DNA of 64,000 bases. Source: Nitrososphaerales archaeon. Lineage in GTDB: Archaea > Thermoproteota > Nitrososphaeria > Nitrososphaerales > UBA213. Shown here piece by piece: positions 63,510-64,000 of the stretch. Positions within the stretch are counted from its first letter, which is position 1, and each line of letters begins with the position of its first letter. The stretch is taken from NCBI GenBank assembly GCA_965197925.1, contig CBDAOC010000020.1:224001-288000 (forward strand), in the 5' to 3' direction. The notes under the pieces are model-generated. The model searched no databases, had not been told where the DNA came from, and worked only from the letters and a program-made list of their open reading frames with translations. The position numbers and the translations under genes are program-made.

Positions 63510-64000
63510 CAACTGATCCCAAAACTGATCATTTAGTGAATAATTGACGATCATTTGGATCTATTTGCAATGCTGCCCGTAGCAGATCATGAAATTTCAG
63601 GAGATAACAGGTGAACAATGGAAGATGATATCACCGCATCTCCCCAAGCCAGCCAGAACCGGAAGGCCAAGGGCAGACGACAGAAAGACAGTCAACGGAA
63701 TCCTGTTTGTCGGGATAACAGGATGCAGGTGGACTGGGATGTCACAAAGGTACGGCTCCAAATCAACTGCGCACCGCAGACTGCAGAACTGGCAGCGACG
63801 TGGAATATGGAAGAATATCCTCTCCGCTGCAGTCAAATCAGCCCACAGATCAGGCAAGATGCAGCTGCAAAAAACGGTCGATTCGTCATCAGTTCCGGCC
63901 AAAAAAGGGGAAGCGTCATAGGATACAACGGATTCAACAGGATTTCAGGCACAAAAATACACGTTGCGGTGGAACAAAACGGACTGCCAGTCTCAGTAGT
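63510..64000 (+). mobile_element. IS5-family element (IS427-like), copy C, cut by the window end
   Basis: Starts CAACTGATCCCAAAACT; matches copy A over the visible length. Confidence 0.92.

Noticed and set aside
1..64000. Diversity-generating retroelement, retron or rRNA operon
   Set aside because: No reverse-transcriptase motifs, no adenine-specific TR/VR pair, and no rRNA-like sequence were seen.

Overview
This 64-kb window is archaeal, and gene content points to Nitrososphaerota (Thaumarchaeota). The core genes are intact: Rieske plus cytochrome b of complex III, a large S8 protease, the late cobalamin operon (cobD-cbiP-cbiB-cobS), asd with an Lrp regulator, ctaB, a UbiD-family decarboxylase, ilvD, glycerate kinase, NfeD/stomatin and the archaeal aroA'/aroB' pair. 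The large acidic thaumarchaeal-type S-layer gene is broken into several ORFs, and two smaller genes share its C-terminal domain. Two tRNAs carry non-canonical introns (Ser, probably GGA; Pro-TGG). Mobile DNA is abundant: a decayed ~4.5-kb element in tRNA-Pro with a 40-bp att repeat and an apparently SSV-type split integrase, a second integrase relic beside an ATPase gene bracketed by a shared 20-bp palindrome, at least four kinds of IS5-family elements (some nested, some sharing lesions), and a probable casposase (Cas1) C-terminal fragment. Two tandem-repeat arrays (24 bp and 28 bp) contain scrambled pieces of their own flanks, which suggests consensus artefacts from copy-number heterogeneity; there is no true CRISPR array. 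The most unusual observations are the divergent 3' segments of two otherwise near-identical IS copies, the palindrome-bracketed ATPase, the split integrase and a CbiP/CobQ whose glutaminase domain looks catalytically eroded. All product calls come from motif recognition by eye; no searches were run.
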